A DNA stretch of 64,000 nucleotides from the human T2T-CHM13v2.0 reference genome, Homo sapiens, in NCBI RefSeq assembly GCF_009914755.1, contig NC_060936.1, one strand, 5' to 3'. Both the position numbers and the translations under genes were made by a program. The notes under the pieces are model-generated. The model had not been told where the DNA came from and ran no database searches. It was given only the letters and a program-made list of their open reading frames with translations. The stretch's first letter is position 1. Every line of letters begins with the position of its first letter. Positions 13,375 to 24,900 of this stretch are shown piece by piece.

Positions 13375-14754
13375 AGCTACAAAGACTACATTAAAACTTA
13401 TTATAATATATTGATTATACTGAACTGCTTGTAATTTATACTCCAGAAAATATTTACAATGAAAAGAAAAAAAGAAGGAAAGAAAGGGAAGGAAGGAAGG
13501 AAGGAAGACTCAAAACAGTAGCAGAAGTAAATGAAAAATTTAGGTGGATGATGATAAATCTTCCTAAAGTATATTTTTAATATTAATAAACTTAAATACT
13601 CATAAATATTTTCAGGGAGAAAAAGAAATTCTAAATGTTTTTTAAATTTTATTTTTGGTCAAGGCAATCATTTGATTTGCAATTTTTGAATGTAATAATA
13701 CTGGCCTCATGGTCCACTCAGGGAGTAATTTTAAGTTACATGGCTTGAATCAACACAACTATTCATTTATATGATTAGAATCTAAAAAACTTGATACCTC
13801 CAAATGGCACATGGTCATCATCTCTTTTAGTTCTTTTATTTGCAAAATTACTTTATAATTCTTTATTTACAAAATTCAGAATTATGCTATAGGTTCTGGA
13901 GAGAAAAAAAGGCACACCACTTGCAGTAATGCCATTTTGTTTATTTATTTTGAGCAATCCTATTTATTCTAATCGCTATTTCTAAGTGCATACTTAGAAA
14001 AATGTCAGAAACAAACAGAATCAGACATAAAGTCTAGGTTCAGATTAGAGAAATTGTCCAGTTAGTTTCATATTTATCTGGAGGATTGGCTTCCAAATCT
14101 CAAAGCTGTCAGACTGAATTAACAGTTATTTTATTAATGTTTTCAAGTTCAAGTTCATTTGCATATATAATACAGCTGTTGTGTGGCTGGCTTTCGAACC
14201 AACTGATCTAAACAAGTAGGGTTGGTGTGGCATTAGTGGCAGTCTTGGAGGACTGCACCCTCCCAAGTCAATTTTTAAATGTAATTCCTAAGTGTGCATA
14301 CTATTAATCTGGCTTCAGCTGGGTAATTCGTTTTCTGATTTCCATAAGTGAAGCAAGTAGTCCTGAAGGTTAGCTTCCACCATATTTAAACAATTCTATT
14401 ACCAAAAAATTTTGTAGTGAGCCTTATGATAGAACTGACTCTCCCATTAAGTGGGGGAAACTAGGTTAGCTTATCCAGTCTCTGACTTTTGGTGTAAGGT
14501 TTGAAATGCCATTTAGGAAGGACATCTTACATTTTACTATACTGTCTAAAGTTTACTGGGCAGATCAAGGGGAAAAATGAGGGACATTTTAAAAATTGGA
14601 AACTTTACTATTATATGTATTCTGCCATAGGTGTGGGTGTTACTCAAAGCAAAGCAGTCACATCATTTCAGCCTTGTTATGGTAGAGAGACACATCAAAG
14701 AGATTGTCTGAATGATGCCACTCAATTACCCGAGTCATGGTTTTTTTTTCTTTA

Positions 14755-14980
14755 AAGATACTAATTGTTGCTCAGTAACTGTGTCTTAAGTGCTGTGCTA
14801 TGTGTTTTGTATAGATTGTGTCATTTAATTCACTCTATGACTTTATGAGACAAATTCAAATAGAATTCCCATTTGATAGGTGAATAAACCCAGGCTTAAG
14901 TAACCTCTCCAGGGCCACACAGATGCTAAGTGGGAATACTGGGATATGTGCTCAGGCAGTTTGGTTCTAGAATATGTACT
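14755..14980 (-). mobile_element. MIR
   Basis: TCATTTAATTCAC..CCCATTTGATAGGTGAATAAACC..TAACCTCTCCAGGGCCACACAG. Confidence 0.6.
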
Positions 14981-15224
14981 CTCTTGAACTTTGTATTTAT
15001 TTAACCTTTAGGAACATTACCAAAATTAACCACCCTGATGGTGTAGTTATATGGCTTAGTGGAATGTTGGCTGGGACACCTGGAGTTCAAAGATAAGTCC
15101 TGGATTTATAGGCTTAGCAACTAATTCAAATCAGCCAACCTCAAAAGAGCTGAGCTTATCACACAGAAAGACCATTTAATAGTTTCCAGTGGGTGGTCTT
15201 TTCCTTTCCTGTGACTGGAATGAT

Positions 15225-15450
15225 CAGTGGTTAATAGTATGGGCATTAGCCTGTATTATTTTAGCCCTAGATTTGAATTAAGATCTACCACTTACTAGCT
15301 CTGTAACCTTGGCCAATATATTTATCCTCAGTTTCCCCATGTATAAAATGAAGGTAATAGTCCCATTTCATTAAATTGTCATGACTTAACTCATATAAAA
15401 TGCTTATTATGGGGCTAGAATCATAGGTGACCTTTAATAAGTAGTTATTA
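15225..15450 (+). mobile_element. MIR
   Basis: CTACCACTTACTAGCTCTGTAACCTTGG..CCTCAGTTTCCCCATGTATAAAATGAAG. Confidence 0.75.
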
Positions 15451-16009
15451 ATTAAAGATCATGGGAACACAATCTGTTTCTGTTATCCTGGTATCTGGAA
15501 AATCACATAAATAATCAATAGATAGAAAGTCATATCTGATAAAAAAGAGTTGCTATTCTTATGGAACATTTTATTCAAGCTTGGCTAAGTATTCTTCCTT
15601 CTTTCATCACTGTGTCTACCACATTAGGTACTAAAATACTCATGTCTTCCAGCATCAGTTTCTTTCCTTTAACCAGTGCTGGATAAACATGAATACATTC
15701 CTAAGCTTTAACTCTACTTTTACAAAATTTATATTATTACAAATTTCTTCATGAAAGGAATACTGTATGCCCTCAATTTGTAGATGCCATCTATAGTTAA
15801 ATAGATGGATTTAAAAATCCATTAAAAAATAGTATGGATTAAAAAATATTTTTAGGAGAAAAAAGAGTTGATTCGTTATGCATTCATCATTTTAAAAAAA
15901 CTAACAAAAACTAGCTTACATTGATCTATACTACTACATATTACTTTCTTCTTAAATATCACGAATTATAAGCCATAACTTTTACATTCAGAATATAAAA
16001 TTTCATCTA

Positions 16010-16296
<287 letters not shown>

Positions 16297-16633
16297 CTAA
16301 ATCACTTTTTGCCATCAGCACTTAGGCATAACCTCATGGTGGCACACTGTTTCTTTGTAACACTCACTCATGATCTTTAACTCTTTAGAACTTTAAGAAT
16401 TTACAGTGTAATTTTAAGTCATATTTAAAGTATGCAAGGACTTATTCTGTATTTTCTATTTGGTTTAGCTCATAGTTTCATGTTTTTCATTATGTAAATT
16501 AATTGCTACTAAAGCAAGTTAGTGTCTTATGGAAGTCAGCTGAAAGTTTTTGAACAAAAGGTATTGAATTCTCTAGGTTGCATAAATTTGTTATATAAAA
16601 CTCGCCTGAATTTGGAAATTTCATGATCCGGTA

Positions 16634-16854
16634 CAGAGATTAACAAACTATAACCTGCAGGCTGAATCTGACTCACTAACTATTTTTATAAATAAAGTTT
16701 TATTGAAATATAGTTATGTCCATTTGTTATTTTAGGGACTATGGCTGCTTTCACACTATAATAGCAGAGCTGAGATGTCACAGAGCCTATATGGCTTACA
16801 AAATTTAAAATATTTACTGTCTAGCTCTTTACAGAAAAAAATTGTGGGCTCCTT
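16634..16854. mobile_element. MER58A-type hAT-Charlie MITE
   Basis: CAAACTATAACCTGCAGGC..ATAAAGTTTTATTGAAA..TATGGCTGCTTTCAC..AAAATATTTACTGTCTAGCTCTTTACAGAAAAAA. Confidence 0.75.
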
Positions 16855-17959
16855 AATCTAGTCCAAGAGATTTAGTAATTTCTAAAGCCGACTACACAGT
16901 AATTTTCTTTCATTATCTCCTCCTTATCATTATTATTAACAACGTATCTAAGAGGTATAACTATGTGTCCCAACATGAATTATTTTATTTAATACTTATG
17001 TAAAACCCCTTATTTTTTGGATGAGGTAGTTGAGGCTTAGGAGGTTAATTATCCAGGTACATAAAGGTATCTAAGAGGTAATGCTAGAATATATAGCATT
17101 ATAAGCTGATGAGACAGAAGTAAATTAGCAAGGAAATGTGCATGACTTATGATTTGGAACAGTTGGCCAATCAAGGGTAGAAGTGGGAGGGCTACAAAAA
17201 GATTGAGCAATGTTTCAAGGCAAGATGAGTTGAAAGGAGTAACATGAGAACATGTACCAGAAAATAAACTATTTTCCATAAGTGATTCCCAGTTTCTTTA
17301 CACTTTCTAGTTACATTATACAACTTCACTGAAGTGTAAGCTCTGCGAGAGCCAGAACTTTTTTTTTCACTGTTTTATCCTCTGTGCCTAGAGTAGTATG
17401 TATTTAATAAAGAATTGCTGAATAAATGAATATGTTATTTGACCACAAAAACTGGGAAAAGGCAGCTAATGGGACAAGCTAAAAAGACACAAACACCAAA
17501 GACATTATCTCTGGTGAAACACCCTTTGTCTATTTGGAAATATTGACAACTGAAACTTATCAGGTAAGTGGCAGGGGAAAGAATAATAAGTTGTGGTTTC
17601 CATAGCATCAGGTTTTATCATAATTCTTGGTCTGAAAGCAGATGTTGAATTTTTTTCTGCTTGTATTATTCAAGGACTCTGGGCTACAAGTAAAAAAAGA
17701 AAAAAAAGTACAAATTTGCTTATGTAGAAAGCAATTTGCTAGTAACATTTGGACAAGGTTTCTGTTCATCTCTGTCTTCAGTTTGTTTCTGGATGTTGGG
17801 GCTATTATCTTCTACCATAGACTAGCTTCTTTTCAGGTAAGAAGACACAGATGACCAGAAATCTGGAACTAACATATTAACCTTCCATAGCCGGAGAATC
17901 AAAGTTTCTTTCCTCCATAGGAAGAGAATTTCATCTAATCAAGTCTCTACCCATTACCA

Positions 17960-18600
17960 CTGGAACTACCATTTCTTTTACTTTAGGCTTTATCATTTTC
18001 TATCTGAACTATACCTACTGCTTTCTTCATCCATTCTCAACTTCCGTTTTAACTCATTAGTACAAGTTCTATTAGGTCATTCCTTTGCTAAAAATCTGTA
18101 GGGATTTCTCATTTCCTTCACATCAACACTCAAGCTCTTTGTATAACACGTACAAGCCTCTTTGATTTTATCCTACTTAATTCTTCATGTTCATCTTTCA
18201 GTATCTCTACCCCCTGCCCCTATTAAATATTGAACTCTAGATGCACTGTTTTATTTACTTGAAGTTCCCCAGTAATGGCTTTTCTCCAGCTGGAATGCCT
18301 TTCCCACAATTATTTGCTTCATCAACTCCTACCCATCCTTAAAGACAGAGCTCAAGCATCACTACTACTCTCTGGAAGTCTCTGTCTTTCCAATCTGCCA
18401 TAGGTATCCTTCTTATGTGCTCCCATAGAATTTCATTTTATTCTATAATATCACTTAGAGTATTTTATTATTTGGAATTTTTGCCTCACATATTAGACTG
18501 TATCTTGAAGGAAATAACTGTGTTTTGTATTTTTGTTACCAATATTTAGTATATATTCTCAACAAATAATTTTTGTGTGAGTAAATGATTGCATGCATAT
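17960..18600 (+). mobile_element. L2 3' fragment
   Basis: CTGGAATGCCTTTCCC..AACTCCTACCCATCCTTAAAGACAGAGCTCAAGCATCAC..CTCAACAAATAATTTT. Confidence 0.7.
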
Positions 18601-18769
18601 GTGGCTCAACAGAGTTACATAAACAAATGAAAGAAACTTCTCCTCTATTACATAAACTATAAACGTCAACTTTTTCATAATTACATACAACGTGGAAAAA
18701 TATATTTACATGTCTTAGAGTCTTAGAAGTCTCATTCCTAAAAACTAAGCCTGAGAAACAGTCGAATGT

Positions 18770-18911
18770 AATGATCAACAGTGTGCATATGAAAGTCTGA
18801 CCACCTAGGTTTAGATCCCACTACTTCCACCTATCAGTTGCGTGACCTTAGGCAAGTTACTTTATCTCCCTGTGTCTAAGTTTTTTCAGCTGTTTAACAT
18901 TTTATTAATAA
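18770..18911 (+). mobile_element. MIR 5' half (3' half resumes at 27607-27720)
   Basis: GTGACCTTAGGCAAGTTACTTTATCTCCCTGTGTCT; after the L1 it continues AATAGTGCC..ATAGGGTTGTTGTGAGAATTAAATGAGAT. Confidence 0.8.
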
Positions 18912-21900
18912 ATCAGTGATATCAGCAAGATGGTGGAATAGGAGGTTACCCCCTTGTATCCCCCCAGGGCAACATGAATTCTGCACCCATCTACAAACAA
19001 AAGTCTCTTTGTGGGAGATTTGGGATTCATGTACGGGGTTGTAAAACTTCTCTTTTGAGCCAAAGATCTAAGAGGATTGGTTTGAGAGTGCAGATCCGCA
19101 CCTAGGTGGCAGGCCCTCCAGTTATGCTCCCAATTTTGGACCCAGAAACAACCTCATTTTCCAAAGAGTTTGGCTACAGCCCCATTTGGCCTTGAGACAA
19201 CTACCAAAACCATCTGCTAAGGGATCTGGGAAGAATCACACACGCTAGTTCCTTGAGAGACAGGCCTGTCTTCTTGCTGACATCTGTCTCTGCAGTGGAC
19301 CTGAAAGTTACCCTGTAAATAGGCTACAGCCCTCCTGAGCTGTGGTCCCAGCTTTGTACTGCTTGCGCATAGACCAAGAAGGAGATTTGCCTACCTGATG
19401 CACCAGGACGGGCTTGCTGGCCTCTGTCCTATAGTAGATCCCGAAATGACCCTCTCTTGGCCCCAGCCACCCTGCCACATCCCCAGAGTTAATTTTCTTA
19501 TGCAGGGACTACTATCCTGGCCAGGCTTGCCAGCCTGTCCCAGAGCAGTTCCTGAAGAGGCCTTGAATCTCAGCTCTGGCACCTCTGAGCTGAGGTCTGG
19601 GAGTAACTCTGTCCTTATGCTGGAAGTCTCACACATTGGTGTCACTGAGTCAGGCTTGCCAACATCGATCCCATAGCAGATTCTGAAATAACTCAGAAGC
19701 TTGATTGTAGCCCCTCCTGGCTGTGTTCTGGAAACAGCTCTTCCAAGTACAGCTCCCTCTGGGAGACAAGCCCCTCTGAATCCCTGTGACAGGTTTGCCA
19801 ATTTCTTTCCCAGAGTAGATCCTCAAATGATCCTGGATTTCATTTCTGGCCCTTTCTGTCTTGAAGATAAGAGTAGTTCCATTTGCCTGGAGAACCAGAA
19901 GGAAGCACACCCTGTAGGGCCCCTGCATAGTGACACCCTGAACTTGGTCTCACTGTAGATCTTGAAATAACCCTATAAATTGACTCCAGTCCTCCTCAGC
20001 TGCAGTCTAAGAACTGGCCTGCTCACCCAGAAAATCACTGGGAGACATACCAATTCATGACCCTGGAGACAGGCCTAAAGATTTGGTATTGATGGTGGAC
20101 CCTGAAATAACCTTGTATCTCAGTTCAGAACATCTTAACTATGGAACCCATCCAGTGATCCAGTGAGATCTCTCCTATTTGAAGGGAAGCCACACCCCTC
20201 AGTACATATGGTAACAGACCTGGCATCTGCAAACCCTAAAGTTGACCTTTATCTCAATGCCAGCCACACAGACCAGGTCCTGAAGACAATTCAGTCTACT
20301 CAGGGACATAGAGGCCCATGCCCACTAGAATCCCTGGTAACAGGCTTTCCAATGAAGACTCAGCATCAGTCATGAGACCTGATCCAATCCCACTCAATGG
20401 CAATCCCAGAGGTAATCTTATCAGCTGGGAGACCTAACAGGAGAAGATTTTAACTTGCTAAAACCAGTCTGTAAAGATTGAAAAGGGGACTTGCCCCTTC
20501 AAGTGCACTGGTACTAATGGAAGGCTTTGCAGATAATAAAGAATTGGGCAAGCATGACACCACCAAGGGAAACTAATACAGTTTCAATAATCAGCTCCAA
20601 AGAAATGGAGATATAAAATTTACCTGAAAAAGAATTCAAAATAATAATTTTAAAGAAGCTCAATGAGAAGCAACAAAATACAGACAGAAAAACAATACCT
20701 GAGCAAAATAAGTTTAATAAAGGAAAAGAAAGCATAAAAAAGACCCAAACAGAAATCCTGGACAATGCAATGACAGGACTAAAAGATTCAATAGAAAATT
20801 TTAACAGCAGGCTTGATCATGCAGAAAAAATAATTAGTGAACTTGAAGACAATTCAGTTGAAATTAGACAATTAAAGAAACTAAAAGAAAAAAACTGAAA
20901 AAGAGTGAAGAAAACATAAGGGACATACAGGACATCATCAAACATACAAATATATAAATTATGGAGGTACCAGAAGGGGAAGAGAAAGAGAAAGGAGCAG
21001 AAAGATTATTTAAATAATTACTCTCTGCAAGCTTTCCAAATATTGGGAGGGATACAGACATACAGATTCAGGAAGTTGAAAAGATCTCAAGTAAGATCAA
21101 GAGAAAAAGGAATACTCCAATATATGTTATAATCTAATTGTCAAAGTCAAAATCAAAAAGAGAATCTTGAAAGCCACAAGAGAGAAGAAACTCATCACAT
21201 GTAAAGAATCTCTGTAAGGCCATAAATGAATATCTCAACAGAAATCTTGCAAGTCAGGAAGGAGTGGGATGACTTATTCAAAAAGCTATCCTTCAGAAAG
21301 GAAGGAGAGATAAAGACATTGCAGGAACAAACAAAAGCTGAAAGAATTCATTACCACAAGATTGGCCTTACAAAAAATGCTAAAGGGAGTTCTTTGAGTT
21401 GAAATGAAAGGATAATAAAAAACAATATGAAAACATGAAAGTATAAAGCTAACTGCTAAAAGTAAATACATGGTCAACTTCACAACACCCTCATACTGTA
21501 AAGCTAATGGGTAAATCCCTCTTAAGTCTAGTATAAAAGTTAAAAGACAAATGTTTTAAAAACAACTATAGCTATAAAAAATTGGTTAACAGATGCAAAA
21601 CATAAATAAATGTAGAGTATGATATCAATAGCATAAAATGTGAAGTGAGGGAGAAGTATGGAATCTCTGTATGTGATAGAAGTTAAGGTACTATTAGCTT
21701 AAATAAGAATATTATAACAGTAAGATTTCTAATATAAATCTCATGGTAACCATAAAGGAGAAACCTCTAGTATATAGAAAAAGATAAATGAATCAAAGTA
21801 TACTACCACAAAACTGCAACAAATCACAAAGAGCAAGAAAGGGAAAAAGGAACAAAGAACTACAAAACATTTGGGAAAAGAATAACGATTCTAGTAGTAA

Positions 21901-24900
21901 TTTCTTATATTTCAATAATTATATTAAATGAATTAAAATCTCCAGTCAAAACCACAAAACAGCTGAGTGGATTAAAAAAATGCAAAACAAGATCCAATGA
22001 TATGCAGCCTATAAGAAATTTAGCCTTAAGAACACACATAGATTGAGAGTGAAGGGATGGAAATAGATATTCCAGACAAATGGTAACCAAAAGAGCAGGG
22101 ATGAGTATACGTATATCAGACAAAATAGACTTTAAGAAAAAAATGGTAAAAAAAAAAAAAAAAAAGACAAAGAAGGTCATCATTTAATGATAAAGAAGTA
22201 CATTTATCAAGAGACTATAACAATTTTAAATATATATATGCAACCAACAGTGGAATGCCTAAATATATAAAGCAAATATAAATAGATCCAAAGGGTAGGA
22301 TAAGGTACAATATAACAATAGTAGAGTACTTTAATATTGCACTTTAAGAAATTGATTGATTATTCAGACAGAAACTCAATAGGGCAAGAGTAGATTTGAA
22401 TAAGATTTTAGACCAAATGGATCTAACAGGCATATATAGAACATTCCCATTCAATAGAAACAGAATATACATTCTTCTCAAAAACACACAGAATATTCTC
22501 TATGATAAATAATCTCTTTGGCCACAGAACAAATCTTAACAAATTTAAGAAGATTGAAATAATATCAAGTATTTTTTCTGACCATAATGGAATAAAACTA
22601 TAAATCAATAGCATGAGAAAGTTTGTAAAGTTTACAAATATATGGAAATTAAACTATATGTTCCCAAACAACCAATGGGCAGTGGGTTAAAGAAGAAATT
22701 AAAAATATCCTAAGACAAATGAAAATGAAAACATAACATGCAAAAACTTACGGAATGCAGCAAAAGTAGTTTTAAGAGAGAAGGCTATAGCAATAAATGA
22801 CTACATTGAAAAAATAAAAAAGAAAGATCTCAAATAAACAATTTATTACACCTCAAGGAACTAGAAAAGAAAGAACAAACTAAGCCCAAAGTTAGTTGAA
22901 GGAAGTAAAATATGAATAATAAAAATCAGCTCTCCCTCTCCCTCTCCCTCTCCCTCCCCCTCCCTCTCCCTCTCCCTCTCCCTCTCCCTCTCCCTCCACG
23001 GTCTCCCTCTGATGCCGAGCCAAGGCTGGACGGTACTGCTGCCATCTCGGCTCACTGCAACCTCCCTGCCTGATTCTCCTGCCTCAGCCTGCCGAGTGCC
23101 TGCGATTGCAGGCACGCACCGCCACGCCTGACTGGTTTTCGTTTTTTTTTGGTGGAGACGGGGTTTCGCTGTGTTGGCCGGGCTGGTCTCCAGCTCCTAG
23201 CCGCGAGTGATCCGCCAGCCTCGGCCTCCCGAGGTGCCGGGATTGCAGATGGAGTCTCGTTCACTCAGTGCTCAATGGTGCCCAGGCTGGAGTGCAGTGG
23301 CGTGATCTCGGCTCGCTGCAACCACCTCCCAGCCGCCTGCCTTGGCCTCCCAGAGAGCCGAGATTGCAGCCTCTGCCCGGCCGCCACCCCGTCTGGGAAG
23401 TGAGGAGCGTCTCTGCTTGGCCACCCATCGTCTGGGATGTGAGGAGCCCCTCTGCCTGGCTGCCCAGTCTGGAAAGTGAGGAGCGTCTCTGCCCGGCCGC
23501 CATCCCATCTGGGAAGCGAGGAGCGCCTCTTCCCCGCCGCCATCCCATCAAGGAAGTGAGGAGCGTCTCTGCCCGGCCGCCCATCGTCTGAGATGTGGGG
23601 AGCACCTCTGCCCCGCCGCCCTGTCTGGGATGTGAGGAGCGCCTCTGCTGGGCCGCAGCCCTGTCTGGGAGGTGGGGAGCGTCTCTGCCCGGCCGCTCCG
23701 TCTGAGAAGTGAGGAAACCCTCTGCCTGGCAACCGCCCCGTCTGAGAAGTGAGGAGCCCCTCCGTCCGGCAACCACCCCGTCTGGGAAGTGAGGAGCGTC
23801 TCCGCCCAGCAGCCACCCCGTCCGGGAGGGAGGTGGGGGGGGTCAGCCCCCCGCCCGGCCAGCCGCCCCGTCCGGGAGGTGAGGGGCTCCTCTGCCCGGC
23901 CGCCCCTACTGGGAAGTGAGGAGCCCCTCTGCCTGGCCAGCCGCCCCATCCGGGAGGGAGGCGGGGGGGGGTCGTCCAGCCGCCCCGTCCGGGAGGGAGG
24001 TGGGGGTGTCAGCCCCCCGCCCGGCCAGCCGCCCCGTCCGGGAGGTGAGGGGCTCCTCTGCCCGGCCGCCCCTACTGGGAAGTGAGGAGCCCCTCTGCCC
24101 GGCCAGACGCCCCGTCCAGGAGGGAGGTGGGGGGGTCAGCCCCCCGCCCGGCCAGCCGCCCAGTCCGGGAGGGAGGTGGGGGGTCAGCCCCCCGCCCGGC
24201 CAGCCGCCCCGTCTGGGAGGGAGGTGGGGGGATCAGCCCCCCGCCTGGCCAGCCGCCCCATCCGGGAGGTGAGGGGCGCCTCTGCCCGGCCGCCCCTACT
24301 GGGAAGTGAGGAGCCCCTCTGCCCGGCCAGCCGCCCCGCCTGGGAGGGAGGTGGGGGGGTCATCCCCCCACCTGGCCAGCCGCCCCATCCGGGAGGGAGG
24401 TGGGGGGGTCAGCCCCCTGCCCGGCCAGCCGCCCCGTCCGGGAGGGGGGAGGGGGGGTCAGCCCCCTGCCCGGCCAGCCGCCCCGTCCGGGAGGGAGGTG
24501 GGGGGGGTCAGCCCCCCGCCTGGCCAGCTGCCCCGTCCGGGAGGGAGGTGGGGGGATCAGCCCCCCGCCTGGCCAGTCGCCCCGTCCGGGAGGTGAGGGG
24601 CGCCTCTGCCCGGCCGCCCCTACTGGAAAGTGAGGAGCCCCTCTGCCCGGCCAGCCGCCCCGTCCGGGAGGGAGGTGGGGGGTGTCAGCCCCCCTTCCGG
24701 CCGGCCGCCCCGTCCGGGAGGTGAGGGGCGCCTCTGCCCGGCCGCCCCTACTGGGAAGTGAGGACCCCTCTGCCCGGCCAGCTGCCCCGTCCGGGAGGGA
24801 GGTGGGGGGGACAGCCCCCCGCCCAGCCAGCCGCCCTATCCAGGAGGTGAGGGGCGCCTCTGCCCGGCCGTCCCTACTGGGAAGTGAGGAGCCCCTCTGC

